Both the position numbers and the translations under genes were made by a program. Under the pieces are notes generated by a model, which saw nothing but the letters and a program-made list of their open reading frames with translations, was not told where the DNA came from and ran no database searches. Positions 27,558 through 39,627 of a DNA stretch of 64,000 nt are shown here, one piece after another. Origin of the DNA: Squalus acanthias (Eukaryota); contig CM059432.1 in the NCBI GenBank assembly GCA_030390025.1, positions 65,784,001-65,848,000 of the forward strand. Direction: 5' to 3'. The number at the start of each line of letters is the position of its first letter. Position 1 is the stretch's first letter.

Positions 27558-30049
27558 TGAAAGTTGATAATGAATTATAGTATTCAAAGGTTTTAGTGAC
27601 TCAATGTAGATCTTAAATTTAATTACTACAATGTAACAAATTGTTCCCATTAAAAAAGTTTCTATGTACAATATTTAGTTTTTTCTTGGCCGCCCAAAGA
27701 AACTGTATCTGCCAATTTCTACCCCTTCAGTGTTCAAACTCCAGCTTCTGCCATGATGTATTTTATCCAGATTTTTAGCATGAAATAACTACATGCAACA
27801 GATCTTTTAGATTTTCATGCTCGAATTAAGACTACTTATGAGACACTGTATAATCTATATCCCAAGAGTCTTTGAAATGCATTTCCTTTATGCCATTGAT
27901 TTATTAAAAAAGAGAAAAAAGTTAAAAGCAAAAAGTTTAATAGTGCACTTTTCAAATTTTCACCAGAGCAGGCTACTGCTGTGTAATGAGAATGTTTATT
28001 CTTTTCAATTAGGCTTCCAGAAAGCATTTTGTGATTAGAACGTGATGTCATCATCAGAAAATGTTAAAAATATTTCACGAAAAGCACACGACATAAGATA
28101 ATATATACAGGAGTAAAGCAAAGAAAGAGTTCATACATGCAATGATGTATCAGAATAAAATAAAAAAATCGAGAGTTAATTTGTCTTATTTAAAACATCT
28201 TTGCTTTCATTTTTTAAAAAGTGTGTTTCTGATTTTTGGATATTCTGTATGATGGTACCATGCATATCAATACAAAGCCTTTGACTCAATCCACACTGCT
28301 GAGCTGTCCAAAAATTTATGAATGAATAATAAAGGTTTTTTCCAGTATCACTGCAGACTTTATTTTCTGTAAACTATCATTTCCTGAAGTGCATTCTCCA
28401 TTTATTCCATTGAGTAAAACCTCCTTCTACCCAGCTACAATCTTACCATAATGTTTTAAGCTCCTCACATCACGTGATACAAAACTACATCGGAAAACAT
28501 GACTTAATAGTGAGTAGATACAATGCTCCCTCCAAAAAATTCAAAAATAGATGGATTTGTTTAAAAGCATAAAACCTTTAATCATTTTATTTTCCAGATA
28601 TTAGATATGAATGCAGATTCACTGTATTATTCTTTTTCTCCTTCCATGTTTTTCTCTCTCCATGTTCTGCTATTCTCCCTCAGTGTACTGATGCATGGAA
28701 ACAACTCATTCCAAACTGGAAAAAGCTCTGGTTACAAAAAGGAGAAAACTAAGTAACAAACTTCAAATCCATAAGAGATATTTCTCTACAGTGTGCATAT
28801 ATGGACCAATTTTCTAAATGTCTGCTCCTGATGCAGGCCTTGCTTGTTGAGAGCACACTTCAGGAAGCTGCAGGTACACTGCCCACCATTTTCCAGGAAG
28901 GAAAATCGTGGGAATGGTGCCTGCAATTTTCCAATATGTATGCCAAGCAGGTGAAGCTCCATGGCAGAAATGCTTGTAAAAAATATTGGCCCTTCAGTTT
29001 TTCATTCTACCAATGCCCCTAAAGGCAAGAACTCTGTGGACTTTGGTAGCTTTCAACAAATTTAGCCAAACAATCCTTCTTCATGTGAGTCCTAATAATG
29101 ATTTGTTTACAAGCTGCTTGACTGAAGTAGGAACAACACAGCCAAACACAGTGCACTGTTACCATCAGGGTCACCAGATAACAATCTGAATTCCAAGCTG
29201 AGTATCACCAATAGCATCCCAACTGAGATCAGACAGGGCCTTTCACACCATATGGGGCATTTACCCAACAAATCTGAGGTGCTCTTGCAGTCTTGTTTAT
29301 CAACAAACTAGTGATTATAAAACAGTTTTAAAAAAGTGCATCAGCATGCTAGCTGAAATGTCATGTGTCACATATTTTCAACAACATATGTGAACATAAA
29401 TTCAACAGATTTAGGTGAAAAAGTCCTTATGCATTTCATTTTTTAGAAAAATATATCAATAAATGCAGGTTTGCAAGTGTTGTGTTCTTCCTCAAAAATA
29501 CTCTATGGTTAACAGCAGTCTAACATTGATAAGTATATGCTAGAAGTTTGGAAGCAAGTCTCAAAAACAGTTTTTGAAAAATAATGTCAGCAACATTCCT
29601 CTGCAGGTCTTTCTTCTTGGTCAGCAACAATACCGAAACAAAAAAAAACGATTTTCAGAGCAAAAACAATAGTCCGCGGTTTTTAAAACTTTTTTTCGAA
29701 TGTTTGTTTTGAGTACTTGAACAGTAAAATAAACAAATAAGTCCCTTTAAAGTTTAACTCCCAGTGCGCCACGTTTGAGATCACAAAAAACAATGACGAC
29801 AGTATCAGAGGCCGTGGCAAAGCCATTTTAAATGCAAAGTTTTCCGAACAATTTTAGTGTTAGGAAATTATAATATACAACTCGTTAAAAAAAGTGTTAA
29901 GACTAATATTTGTACCAGATAAAACCAAGTATAAAAAGCAGCCCATTGTAGAACTATTTAAAATAAGAGTGGAAGAGCTGGCCTGTGTGGCCAGAGATAA
30001 TTGGGGCTGGTTATCAGTCTGGAGCATCGTGCAGCAAAGCAGACAAAAG

Positions 30050-30600
30050 CCTGTCTGTCTGCGCCTCTGCCTTTCAGTGCCGAGGGCGCAGTCAGCAGGC
30101 CCCCGGCTGCGGCTGCGTTTTGTTTTTAAACTGCGATGCGCCGACTTCCCTCGGACACAAAATAAAAAGGGGCCGCCCGGCAGCCACCTATTCTTTTCCG
30201 GTACGAGGCCACTGGCTCACTTCCTTTCTTCGATGATCCACGCGAACTCACCGCGCCGACTGCAGAGCAACCCGAAGCCCCAGGGTTAGAAAGAGGGAGA
30301 GGAGCGGGGACTCGGCGCCGCTCTCCGCCCCAACAGGCCGATTCAACAAAGCTGGCCGAGGATAAAGAAAATGCGCAGCACACTTTTTTCCCTGCTCTAT
30401 CTATTTATGTTTCTCTCTCTCTCCCCCCTGTCTGTGTCTGTGTCTCACCCGCTCCTCTCTCTCTCCGCCGTCTCTCTCTGTTTTCCGGACCAGGCCGCTC
30501 GCGAACAGCTGAGGATGTAAACACTGCGTCACGTGACCCCCGCGCCGAACTCGTTCGGCCATACAAAGCCCCGCCCCCTTTACCCAGCACTGCACCGACC
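30050..30600 (-). promoter_or_regulatory. CpG-island promoter with palindromic E-box GTCACGTGAC (30528-30537) and GC box (~30568-30578)
   Basis: High CpG density against an AT-rich, CpG-poor background; USF/MiT-TFE-type motif and GCCCCGCCCC seen directly. Confidence 0.7.
30252..30500 (-). other. PCMTD1: Probable non-coding exon 1 of PCMTD1 (start site approximate)
   Basis: Strong minus-strand donor GCG|GTGAGT at 30252/30251 inside the only non-transposon CpG island, upstream of the coding exon. Confidence 0.6.
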
Positions 30601-31655
30601 TACTCGGTTCATCGCAGCACTGGCGCTGCATGAATAAGCCCCGCCCCCATTACCCTGCACCGCACCGACCCACTCGGTTCATCGCAGCACTGGCGCTGCA
30701 TGAATAAGCCCCGCCCCCATTACCCTGCACTGCACCGACCCACTCTGTTCATCGCAGCACTGGCGCTGCATGAATAAGACCCGCCCCCATTACCCTGCAC
30801 TGCACCGACCCACTCTGTTCATCGCAGCACTGGCGCTGCATGAATAAGCCCCGCCCCCATTACCCTGCACTGCACCGACCCACTCTGTTCATCGCAGCAC
30901 TGGCGCTGCATGAATAAGCCCCGCCCCCATTACCCTGCACCGCACCGACCCACTCTGTTCATCGCAGCGCGGACAGTGCATGAATAACCTCCGCCCCTTT
31001 ACCCAGCATTGCCTGGTCCGCACCGACCCACTCGGTTCATCGCAGCACTGGCGCTGCATGAATAAGACCCGCCCCCATTACCCTGCACTGCACCGACCCA
31101 CTCGGTTCATCGCAGCACTGGCGCTGCATGAATAAGCCCCGCCCCCTTTACCCTGCACCGTACCGACCCACTCGGTTCATCGCAGCACTGGCGCTGCATG
31201 AATAAGACCCGCCCCCATTACCCTGCACTGCACCGACCTACTCTCATCGCAGCACTGGCGCTGCATGAATAAGCCCCGCCCCCATTACCCTGCACTGCAC
31301 CGACCCACTCAGTTCATCGCAGCACTGGCACTGCATGAATAAGCCCCGCCCCCTTTACCCTGCACCGTACCGACCCACTCGGCTCATCGCAACACTGGCG
31401 CTGCATGAATAAGACCCGCCCCCATTACCCTGCACTGCACCGACCTACTCTCATCGCAGCACTGGCGCTGCATGAATAAGACCCGCCCCCATTACCCTGC
31501 ACTGCACCGACCCACTCGGTTCATCGCAGCACTGGCACTGCATGAATAAGCCTCGCCCCTTTACCCAGCACTGCACCGACCCACTCTGCTCATCGCAGCG
31601 CGGACAGTGCATGAATAACCTCCGCCCCTTTACCCAGCATTGCCTGGTCCGCATT
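30560..31655. repeat. 70-bp tandem minisatellite, ~15-16 units
   Basis: Unit CACTCGGTTCATCGCAGCACTGGCGCTGCATGAATAAGCCCCGCCCCCATTACCCTGCACTGCACCGACC recurs at 30601, 30671, 30741, 30811, 30881, 30951 and onward. Confidence 0.97.
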
Positions 31656-32149
31656 TACCTCCAGCAGTACTGGCACCCCATGGATCAGTTCTGCCCCTTG
31701 CTCAGCATTGCACGGACTGCACTTTATCCACCTTTTCCCTAAGCATAGACACTGGCTCTGCCGCCACAGCACCAGCACTTTAAGGATCAGTTGTGCCTCC
31801 TTTTTCTTGCAACGCTGGCACTACATGAACTAGAACTGTACAGAACGGCATCACTCCAACAACACTGGAATGTCACATGATTTCCACTCCAGCAGCAGCA
31901 TTGGCATTCCCCAAACCAGCTGTGTTCCAATAGCACTGGCACTGCTTGGACTCCTTCCATCTCCAGAGCACTGCATGGACTAACTTCGCACCCACAACTC
32001 TGGCAATGGATGGGCCAGGTTTAACCCCGTAGCATTGCATAAACCAGTTTCACCACATGTACACTGGTACTGCATGGACTGGCTCACTTACACCTCTACC
32101 CTGCAGAGCAGTGGCACATCAGAGATTGGTTCTGTCTTTTACACTAGTC

Positions 32150-32704
32150 CGAACACCAGTTCGCCCCAGCTGGAGTACTGAGTCCATATCTGGGCACCAC
32201 ACTTTAGGAAGGACAAGAGGGCTTTGGAGAGGGTACAGAAGAGATTTACTAAAATGGTTCCAGGGATGAGGGAACACAGTTACCTGGATAGACTAGAGAA
32301 GCTGGGGTTGTTCTCCTTGGAGCAGAAAAAGCTAAGAGGAGATTTGATAGAAGTGTTTAAAATCATGACGGATTTAGATAGAGTAAATAAAGAGAAATTG
32401 TTTCCGATGGTTGAAGTTCGATAATGAGAGGGCACAGATTTAAGGTGATTGGCAAAATAACCAGAGGCGACATGAGGAAAAACTTTTTTACGCAACGAAT
32501 GGTTAGGATTTGGAAAGCACTACCTGATAGCCCTACAGATTCAATAGGAGCCTTTGGATAAATACTTGAAGGAGAAAAAATTGCAGGGATATGGGAAAAG
32601 AGCGGGGGAGTGGGACTAACTGGATTGCTCTTTGAAAGAGCTGGCGCAGACTCGATAGGCCGAATGGCCTCCTTCTGTGCTGTACTATTCTATGATTCTA
32701 TGAT
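32150..32704 (+). mobile_element. CR1 LINE 3' end
   Basis: ERVQKRFTKMVPG..LEQKKLRGDLIEVFKIM; (ATTCTATG)n tail. Confidence 0.9.
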
Positions 32705-32871
32705 TTAGCACACTGGTACAGCAAACTCCAACTTAGCCCTGCAGCATAAAGGGAACATACCAGTTTACAAGAAAAACAATGGTTTTCTCAAGGCACAGTT
32801 CCACATTGCTGCCACTGGCATGGCATGACATCGCTGCCAGCACCCAGAGCAGGGAGGATATTAGGTTCTCT

Positions 32872-34003
32872 TGTTAAAGAAGGAAATTTGATTGTCCCAA
32901 GATACGTAATTCCTGTACATCTAACTAAAGTCAACACGTATTATCCGATTGAAATCATATCGGGTGAGTACCCACTTTTCCTCTGTTAGAGATAGGGTTT
33001 AGAGTCTTTTTAAGTAAAAAGTTTCGTAAGGCCCTTGTTGCCGCGAGGTGTCTGATGGTCACTGGAACTGTTGCTCTCGTCTCTTCTTGTGTGTTGACCT
33101 GCTTCTAGAACTGTGAACTTCTTCGAACTCGATGAACTCCTGAGAACTGCTGAACTCCTTAACTTGTTGAACTCCCTTCAACAGCTTCTTGCTGAACTCC
33201 TTGAACAGCTTCTTGCTGAACTCCCTGAACAGCTTCTTGTTTAACTGCTTGCTGAATTCCTTGCTGCTGTGTAACTGTTGAACTGCTTGTCTCCTTGAAC
33301 TGCTGTGTAACTCTTGAACTGTGTACGGTTGTACTGGAGAACTCCTTAACTTCTTGCTGCTTGTCTGTGTAACTCCTGTGCTTAACTTGAGAAAAGCAGG
33401 CCTTCAATTATACTAATTGAAGCTTCCTTATGCGCGCGCCAAATCAAATCCCGGTCATTGTTAGATTTTGGCGGGCTCATTAACAGTAACCTGTTTGTAA
33501 ATGTGTGAAGTGGTTTCAGGATGGCTCCATCCTGTCGATCTGCTTGCTTGATTGTAGCTGATTGTTCTCAGGTTGTGAGTTTCTTGACTGGGTCTGGGAT
33601 TTCTATAGAGTGGGTCAACGTGATCTGTTTTATGCATGTTTTGATGGGTCCTGTAGTTTGAGTGGAGACTGCTCTTTCTCGGGTTTATTGTTAGGATGTT
33701 AATGTCTGATAGGGGCTGATTAACTCCAAGCAAGGTCATGCGGTTCCCCAGACAGTTTGCATTAACTCCAATATCCAAACTGTCTTTACAGAGGTTGAAC
33801 CCACCTTCCTTTACAACCTTTTCACCCTTACAAGTCCAGACATGTCTTTTTAAATACCAAATTTTGTTTTTTGCTCTAAAATGTCCTTCGGTTTTTCCCA
33901 ATGCATTTCACCACCCTGAAATAGTTAGAAAAGAGTCCAAAATCTTTTTCCTTAGGGGTTGTCTTCGAGTTTTGGGGGATCTGTGAATTTTGAGAATCTT
34001 ACA
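32872..34003 (-). mobile_element. Candidate solo LTR
   Basis: TGTTAAAGA...TCTTACA termini, flanks CTCT/CTCG, no recognisable coding content, internal 24-bp tandem repeat; strand tentative. Confidence 0.5.
33160..33275. repeat. 24-bp tandem repeat (TGAACTCCTTGAACAGCTTCTTGC), ~4 units
   Basis: Direct reading; degenerate GAACT units extend to both sides. Confidence 0.8.
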
Positions 34004-34004
34004 C

Positions 34005-35070
34005 TCGACAGCAAGGCAGCATTATGACTGAGTGTGGCATCAAGGAGTCCTAGTAAAACTGAAGTCAATGGGAATCAGAGGGGGGGGGTGGATGCTTGCT
34101 CCACTGGCTGGAGTCATACCTAGCACAAAGGAAGATGATTGTGGTGGTTGAACGACAATCATCACAGCCCCAGGACATCGCTGCAATGTCCTAGGCCCAA
34201 CCATCTTCAGCTGCTTCATCAATGACCTTCCCTCCAATGGGGATGTTTGCTGATGACTGCACAGTGTTCAGCGCAATTCACAACTCCTCACAACAAGACC
34301 TGGATGACGTCCAGGCTTGGGCTGATATTTACCAGGCAATGACGATCTCCAACAAGCAAGAATCTAACCACCACCCCTTGACATTCAACGGCATTACCAT
34401 CCTGGGGTGGGGGGCGGGGGGGGGCGGTCACCATTGACCAGAAACTTACTGGACCAGCCACATAAATACTGTGGCAACAAGTGCATGGTCAGAGGCTAGG
34501 TATTCTGCGGCGAGTGTCTCACCTCCTGACTCCCCAAAGCCTTTCCACCATCTACAAGGCACAAGTAAGGAGTGTGATGGAATACTGTCCACTTGCCTGG
34601 ATGAGTGCAGCCTCAAGAAGCTCGACACCATCCAGGACAAAGCAGTCCGCTTGATTGGCACCCCATCTACCACCTTAAACATTCACTCCCTCCACCACCA
34701 GCATACCGTGGCTGCAGTGTGTACCATCTACAAGATGCACTGCAGCAACTCGCCAAGGCTTCTTCGGCAGCACCTCCCAAACCTGCAACCTCTTCCACCT
34801 AGAAGGACAAGGGCAGTAGGCGCATGGGAACACCACCACCTCCAAGTTACACACCATCCTGACTTAGAAGTATATCGCCGATCCTTCATCGTCGCTGGGT
34901 CAAAATCCTGGAACTCCCTCCCTAACAGCACTATGGGAGTACCTTCATCACATGGACTGCAGAGGTTGAAGAAGGTGGCTCACCACCACCTTCTCAAGGG
35001 CAATTAGGGATGGGCAATAAATGCAGGCCTTGCCAGTGACGCCCACATCCCATAAACGAATTTAAAAAAA
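34005..35070 (+). mobile_element. LINE of the CR1/L2 group (distinct family), RT to 3' end
   Basis: LGPTIFSCFINDL, MFADDCTV, LDTIQDKAVRLIG; same family at 51240-51660 and 61785-62262. Confidence 0.85.
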
Positions 35071-36080
35071 TTACAACAGCAACAACAACTTTGCATTTAT
35101 ATAGTGCCTTTAATGTAGTAAAATGTTCCAAGGTGCTTCACAGGAGCGATGTCAAACAAAACTGGACACTGAGCCATATTAGGACAGATGATAAAAATCT
35201 TGGCCAGAGGTAAGTATTAAAGAGCGTCTTAAAGGAGTGGAGAGGTTTAGGGAGGGAATTCCAAAGCTTTGGGCCTAGGCAGCTGAAGGCTTGGCCACCA
35301 ATAGTGGAGCGATTAAAATTGGGATGTGCAAGAGGCCAGAATTGGAGGAGCGCAGAGATCTCGAAGACTTGTAGGGCTGGAGGAGGTTACAGAAATAGGG
35401 AAGGGCGAGATCATGGAGGGATTTGAAGACAAGGATGAGATTTTAAAATTGAGGCATTTGCCAGATTGGGAGCCAATGTAGGTCAACGAGCATAGGGGTG
35501 GTGGGTGAATGGGACTTGGTGCAAGTTAGGATACAAGCAGCTAAAGTTTATGTAGGGTGGAAGATGGGAGGCCAGATAGGAGAGCATTGGAATAGTTGAG
35601 TCTAGCAGTAACAAAGGCATGGATAAGGGTTTCAGTAGCAGATGAGCTGAGGCAGGGGCAGAGTCAGGCGTTGTTACGGAGGTGGAAGTAGGCGATCTTT
35701 GTGATGGAGCGGATATGTGGTCGGAAGCTCATTTTGGGTCAAACATGACACAAAGGTTGCGAAGAGTCTGGTTCAGCCTCAGATAGTTGCCAGGGAGAGG
35801 GATGACGTTGGTGACTAGGAAATGTGATTTGTGGCGGGGACCAAAGACAATGGCTTCAGTCTTCCCAATATTTAATTGGAGAATATTTCTGCTGTCGGAC
35901 AAGCAGTATGACAAATCAGAGACAGTAGAGGGGTCGAGTCAGGTGGTGGTGACGTAGAGTTGGTTGTCGTCAGCGTAGATGTGGAACCTGATGTGTTTTC
36001 GGATGATGTCGCCGAGTGGCAGCATTTGATGAGAAATAGGAGGGGGCCAATGATAGATCATTGGGGGACTTCAGAAGTAA

Positions 36081-36491
36081 AAAAGTAAAAATTTTCCCAG
36101 TAAAAAAGTAATTTTTTTTTAAAGCTTTTCGTTTTACATACAGACGGCAGCTTTTGACACGTTGGAACCCCTGCGACTACACCTCATTGTCTCAGTTGTA
36201 TCTTGCTATGTCTTTTGATGTGGTACCTTCCTGGCTGACTTAATTAACTTTATCACACCTCGGCAGATAGTCAGGATGATTTAATTTATTGGTCTGCAAT
36301 TGTAAAGTACACATGCTTTTTTTTCCATCTATATATGCTCTGGCGATTCTGTATCCAATTTACTTCACCTGAGGAAGGAGTGATAGCTCCGAAAGCTTGT
36401 GATTTCAAATAAAACTGTTGGACTATAACCTAGTGTTGTGCGACCTCTCAATTTTGTCCACCCCAGTCCAACACCGGCATCTCCGCATCAT
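36081..36491 (+). mobile_element. 3' tail of a second, probably Penelope-like, family inserted into L2
   Basis: 14-bp TSD GACTTCAGA(A/T)GTAA (36067-36080 / 36492-36505); carries hammerhead motif and AATAAA. Confidence 0.75.
36365..36402 (+). ncRNA. Minimal type I hammerhead ribozyme motif
   Basis: TCAC-CTGAGGA-a-GGAG(tgatag)CTCC-GAAA-GCTT-GTGA: stem I TCAC/GTGA, both catalytic boxes, stem II, palindromic AAGCTT in place of stem III. Confidence 0.75.
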
Positions 36492-37834
36492 GACTTCAGA
36501 TGTAACAGTGTGGAAGCTGAAAGAGAAGCCATTGCTGCAGACAGGTTGCGAAGAATGAGCAGGGATAGTTTACTACGGTCACAGTCACATAGGATGTCAT
36601 TTGTGACTTTGATGAGAGCGTTTCGGTACTGTGGCAAGGGCGGAAACCTGACTGGAGGGATTCAAACATGGAGTTGTGGGAAAGATGGGCATGGATTTGG
36701 GAGACGACAACATGTTAAAGGACTTTGGCGAGGAAAGGAAGGTTGGAGAAGGGGCGGCATTTTGCAAGAACAGAGGGGTCAAGGGGTGTTTTTTTGAGGA
36801 GAGGGGTGATGATGGCAGATTTGAGGGAGAGGGGGACAGTACCTGAAGAGAGAGAACCGTTATCAATGCCCGCTAACATAGGAGCCAGAAAAGGAAGTTG
36901 GGTGGACAGCAGTTTGGAGGGAGCAGGAGGTAGGCCTGATGGACAAGATGAGCTTGGAGAGGGCATGATGGGAGATAGGAGAGAAACTAGAGAAAGATGT
37001 TAGGGCAGGGGAAAACCTTAGGGGAAGTTTGGCCCGGTGGGCTAGGGGAAAGGAGGGAAGTAGCTGAACAGATGGTCTCAATCTTAGTGACAAAGAAGTC
37101 CATGAGCTCTTCACACTTGTTGTTGGAGGTGAGGGTGGAGGAGGCAGGGCAGAGGGATTTAAGAAGATGGTTTGTAGTGGAGAAGTGAAGCTTTGCATTC
37201 CAGGATGATCCTGGAATAGTGAGCAGTTTTGGCAGAGGAGAGCAGACCTGAAATTGCTTTATGTGGCCAGCCAGATCTAGTGATGAATGGTTAAACCAGT
37301 TGTCCGCCATAAACGTTCAAGTCTGCATCCCTTGGACATAACGGAGCAGAGATGAGGGCCATACAAGGGGAAATGACCAGGGTGAGAGTGAGTAATGATT
37401 TTAAAGAGAACAAGGGCATCAAAGGTGGATGTGAGGATGTGATTGAGCAGATTGGTAGCTGCAGAAATGTTGTGGTAAACCCATATAGAATGATTTTCTC
37501 CTGTAGAAATTAATTGACATCTGAAAATAAGTACAGTAATCTCCAGTGGTGCTAATAACATCAAAAAAGACAACAGCAAAGCTCAAACACCCGATCTCCA
37601 AGATAAGATTGTGGCCTTGAACTCACTTCCACATGTCCCTTTTATTTTGTGGATTTGTGATGGCACTTTCTTTGAGTTTAGTCTTTTTTAAAATCCTGCT
37701 GCCACATGTCATGTCAGAAAATGGTGGCCAGTCCCCCAGTGTTGCATGATTATGTTTACAATAAGAATTGGTGATGACAACATAATCACATCACAATTTT
37801 CAGATGGCAATCAAAAATTCATTATCAAGAAATA

Positions 37835-39627
37835 CAACAACAACTTAGATTTACATAGTGCCCTTAATGTAATAAATCTTCCCAAGGCGCTTCACAGGAA
37901 TGTTATCAAAAAACAAAATTTGACACCGAGCCACATCAGGAGATGTTAGGGCAGATGACCAAAAGCTTGGTCAAAGATGTAGATTTTAACGAGCATCTTA
38001 GAGGAGGAAAGAAAGGTAGAGAGGTGGAGAGATTTAGGGAGGGAATTCTTGAGCTTAGGACCTAGGCAGCTAAAGGCAAGGCCACCAATGGTGGAGCATT
38101 TCAAATCGGGGATGTTCAAGAGGCCAGAATTGGCGGAGTACAGAGATCTCGGGGATTACAGGGCTGGAGGAGATTACAGAGATAGGGAGGGGCGAGGCCT
38201 TTGAGGGATTTGAAAACAAGGATGAGAATTTTTTAATCGAGGCATTGCTTAACTGGGAGCCAATGTAGATCAGCGAGCACAGGAGCGATGGGTGAGCGGG
38301 ACTTGGTGTGATTTAGGACATGGGCGGAAGAGTTTTGGATGACATCAATTTTATGGAGGGTAGAACTAAAGAGCCCGGCCAGGAGAGCATTGGAATAGTA
38401 AGTCTAGAGGTAACAAAGGCATGGATGAGGGTTTCGGTAGTAGATAAGCTGAGGCAGGGGCAGAGACGGGCGATGTTACGGAGGTGGAAATGGGCGGCCT
38501 TAGTGATGGAACGGATATGAGGTAGAAAGCTCAACTAGTAATCAAATATGACACCAAGGTTGCGAACAGACTTGGTCAGCCTCAGACAGTTGCCAGGCAG
38601 AGGAATGGAATCGGTGGCAAGGGAACGAAGTTTGTGGCGTGAACCAAGGACTTCAGTTTTCCTGATATTTAATTGGAGGAATTTTCTACTCATCCAGTGC
38701 TGGATGCCGGACAAGCAGTCTGATAGTATAGAGATGGTGGAGGGTTCTATAGAGGTGGAGGAGAGGTAGAGCTGGATATCATCAGCACATATGTGAAAAC
38801 TCATATGATGATGTCACCGAGGGGCAGCATGTAGATGAGAAATAGGAGGGGGCCAAAGATAGATCCTTGGGGGACACCAGAGATGACGGTGCGGGATCGG
38901 GAAGAGAAGCCGTTGCAGGTGATTCTCTGGTTACGACTGGAAAGATAAGAATGGAGCCAGACGACTGTAGTCCCATCCAGCTGGATGATGGTGGAGAGGC
39001 GTTGGAGCAGAATCCTGTGGCCAACCATGTCAAAGGCTGCATACAGGTCAAGATGGGATAGTTTACCTTTGTCGCAGTCAACTAGGATGCCATTTGTGAC
39101 CTTGGTAAGAGTCGTTTCGGTATTGTGGCAGGGGCGGAAACATGATTAGAGGGATTCAAACAAGGATTTCTGGGAAAGATGGGCATGGATTTGGGAGGCA
39201 ACAGCACATTCAAGGACTTTGGAGAGGAAAGGGAGGTTGGAGATGGGGTGATAGTTTGCAAGGACGGAGGGGTCAAGGGTTGATTTTTTGAGGAGAGGAG
39301 TGATGAAGGAAGATTTGAAGGAAAGGGGGATAGTACCGGAGGAGAGAGAACCCTTAACAATATCAGCTAACATGGGAGCCATCAAGGAAAATTGGGTGGT
39401 CAGCAGTTTGGTGGCAATAGGGTCAAGCGAGCAGGAGGTCGGTCTCATTGACAAAATGTGCTTTGAAAAGGCGTATGGGAAGATAGGACAGAAACTAGAG
39501 AAATATGCAAATTCAGGGCAGGGGAGAAATTGAGAGGAAGTTAGGCCCGGTGGGCTAGGGGAAGGGAGGCAAGTAGCAGAGGCAGTTGAATGGGTGTTCT
39601 CGATCTTTTTAACAAAAAAGTCCATGA
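37835..39627 (-). mobile_element. L2 LINE RT to 3' end
   Basis: [54 protein letters not shown]. Confidence 0.93.

Larger units (their letters stand above)
35072..37465 (-). mobile_element. L2 LINE, degraded, interrupted at 36081-36491
   Basis: LQLNIGKTEAIVFG, AIITPLLKK..RPFSNLPFLAKVL peptides; L2 tail at left end. Confidence 0.9.

Noticed and set aside
30560..31655. CRISPR-like array
   Set aside because: Units are contiguous near-identical tandem copies with no unique spacers and no cas genes; eukaryotic context.
33159..33407. QQEAVQGV repeat ORF
   Set aside because: Translation of a 24-bp tandem repeat; no gene context.
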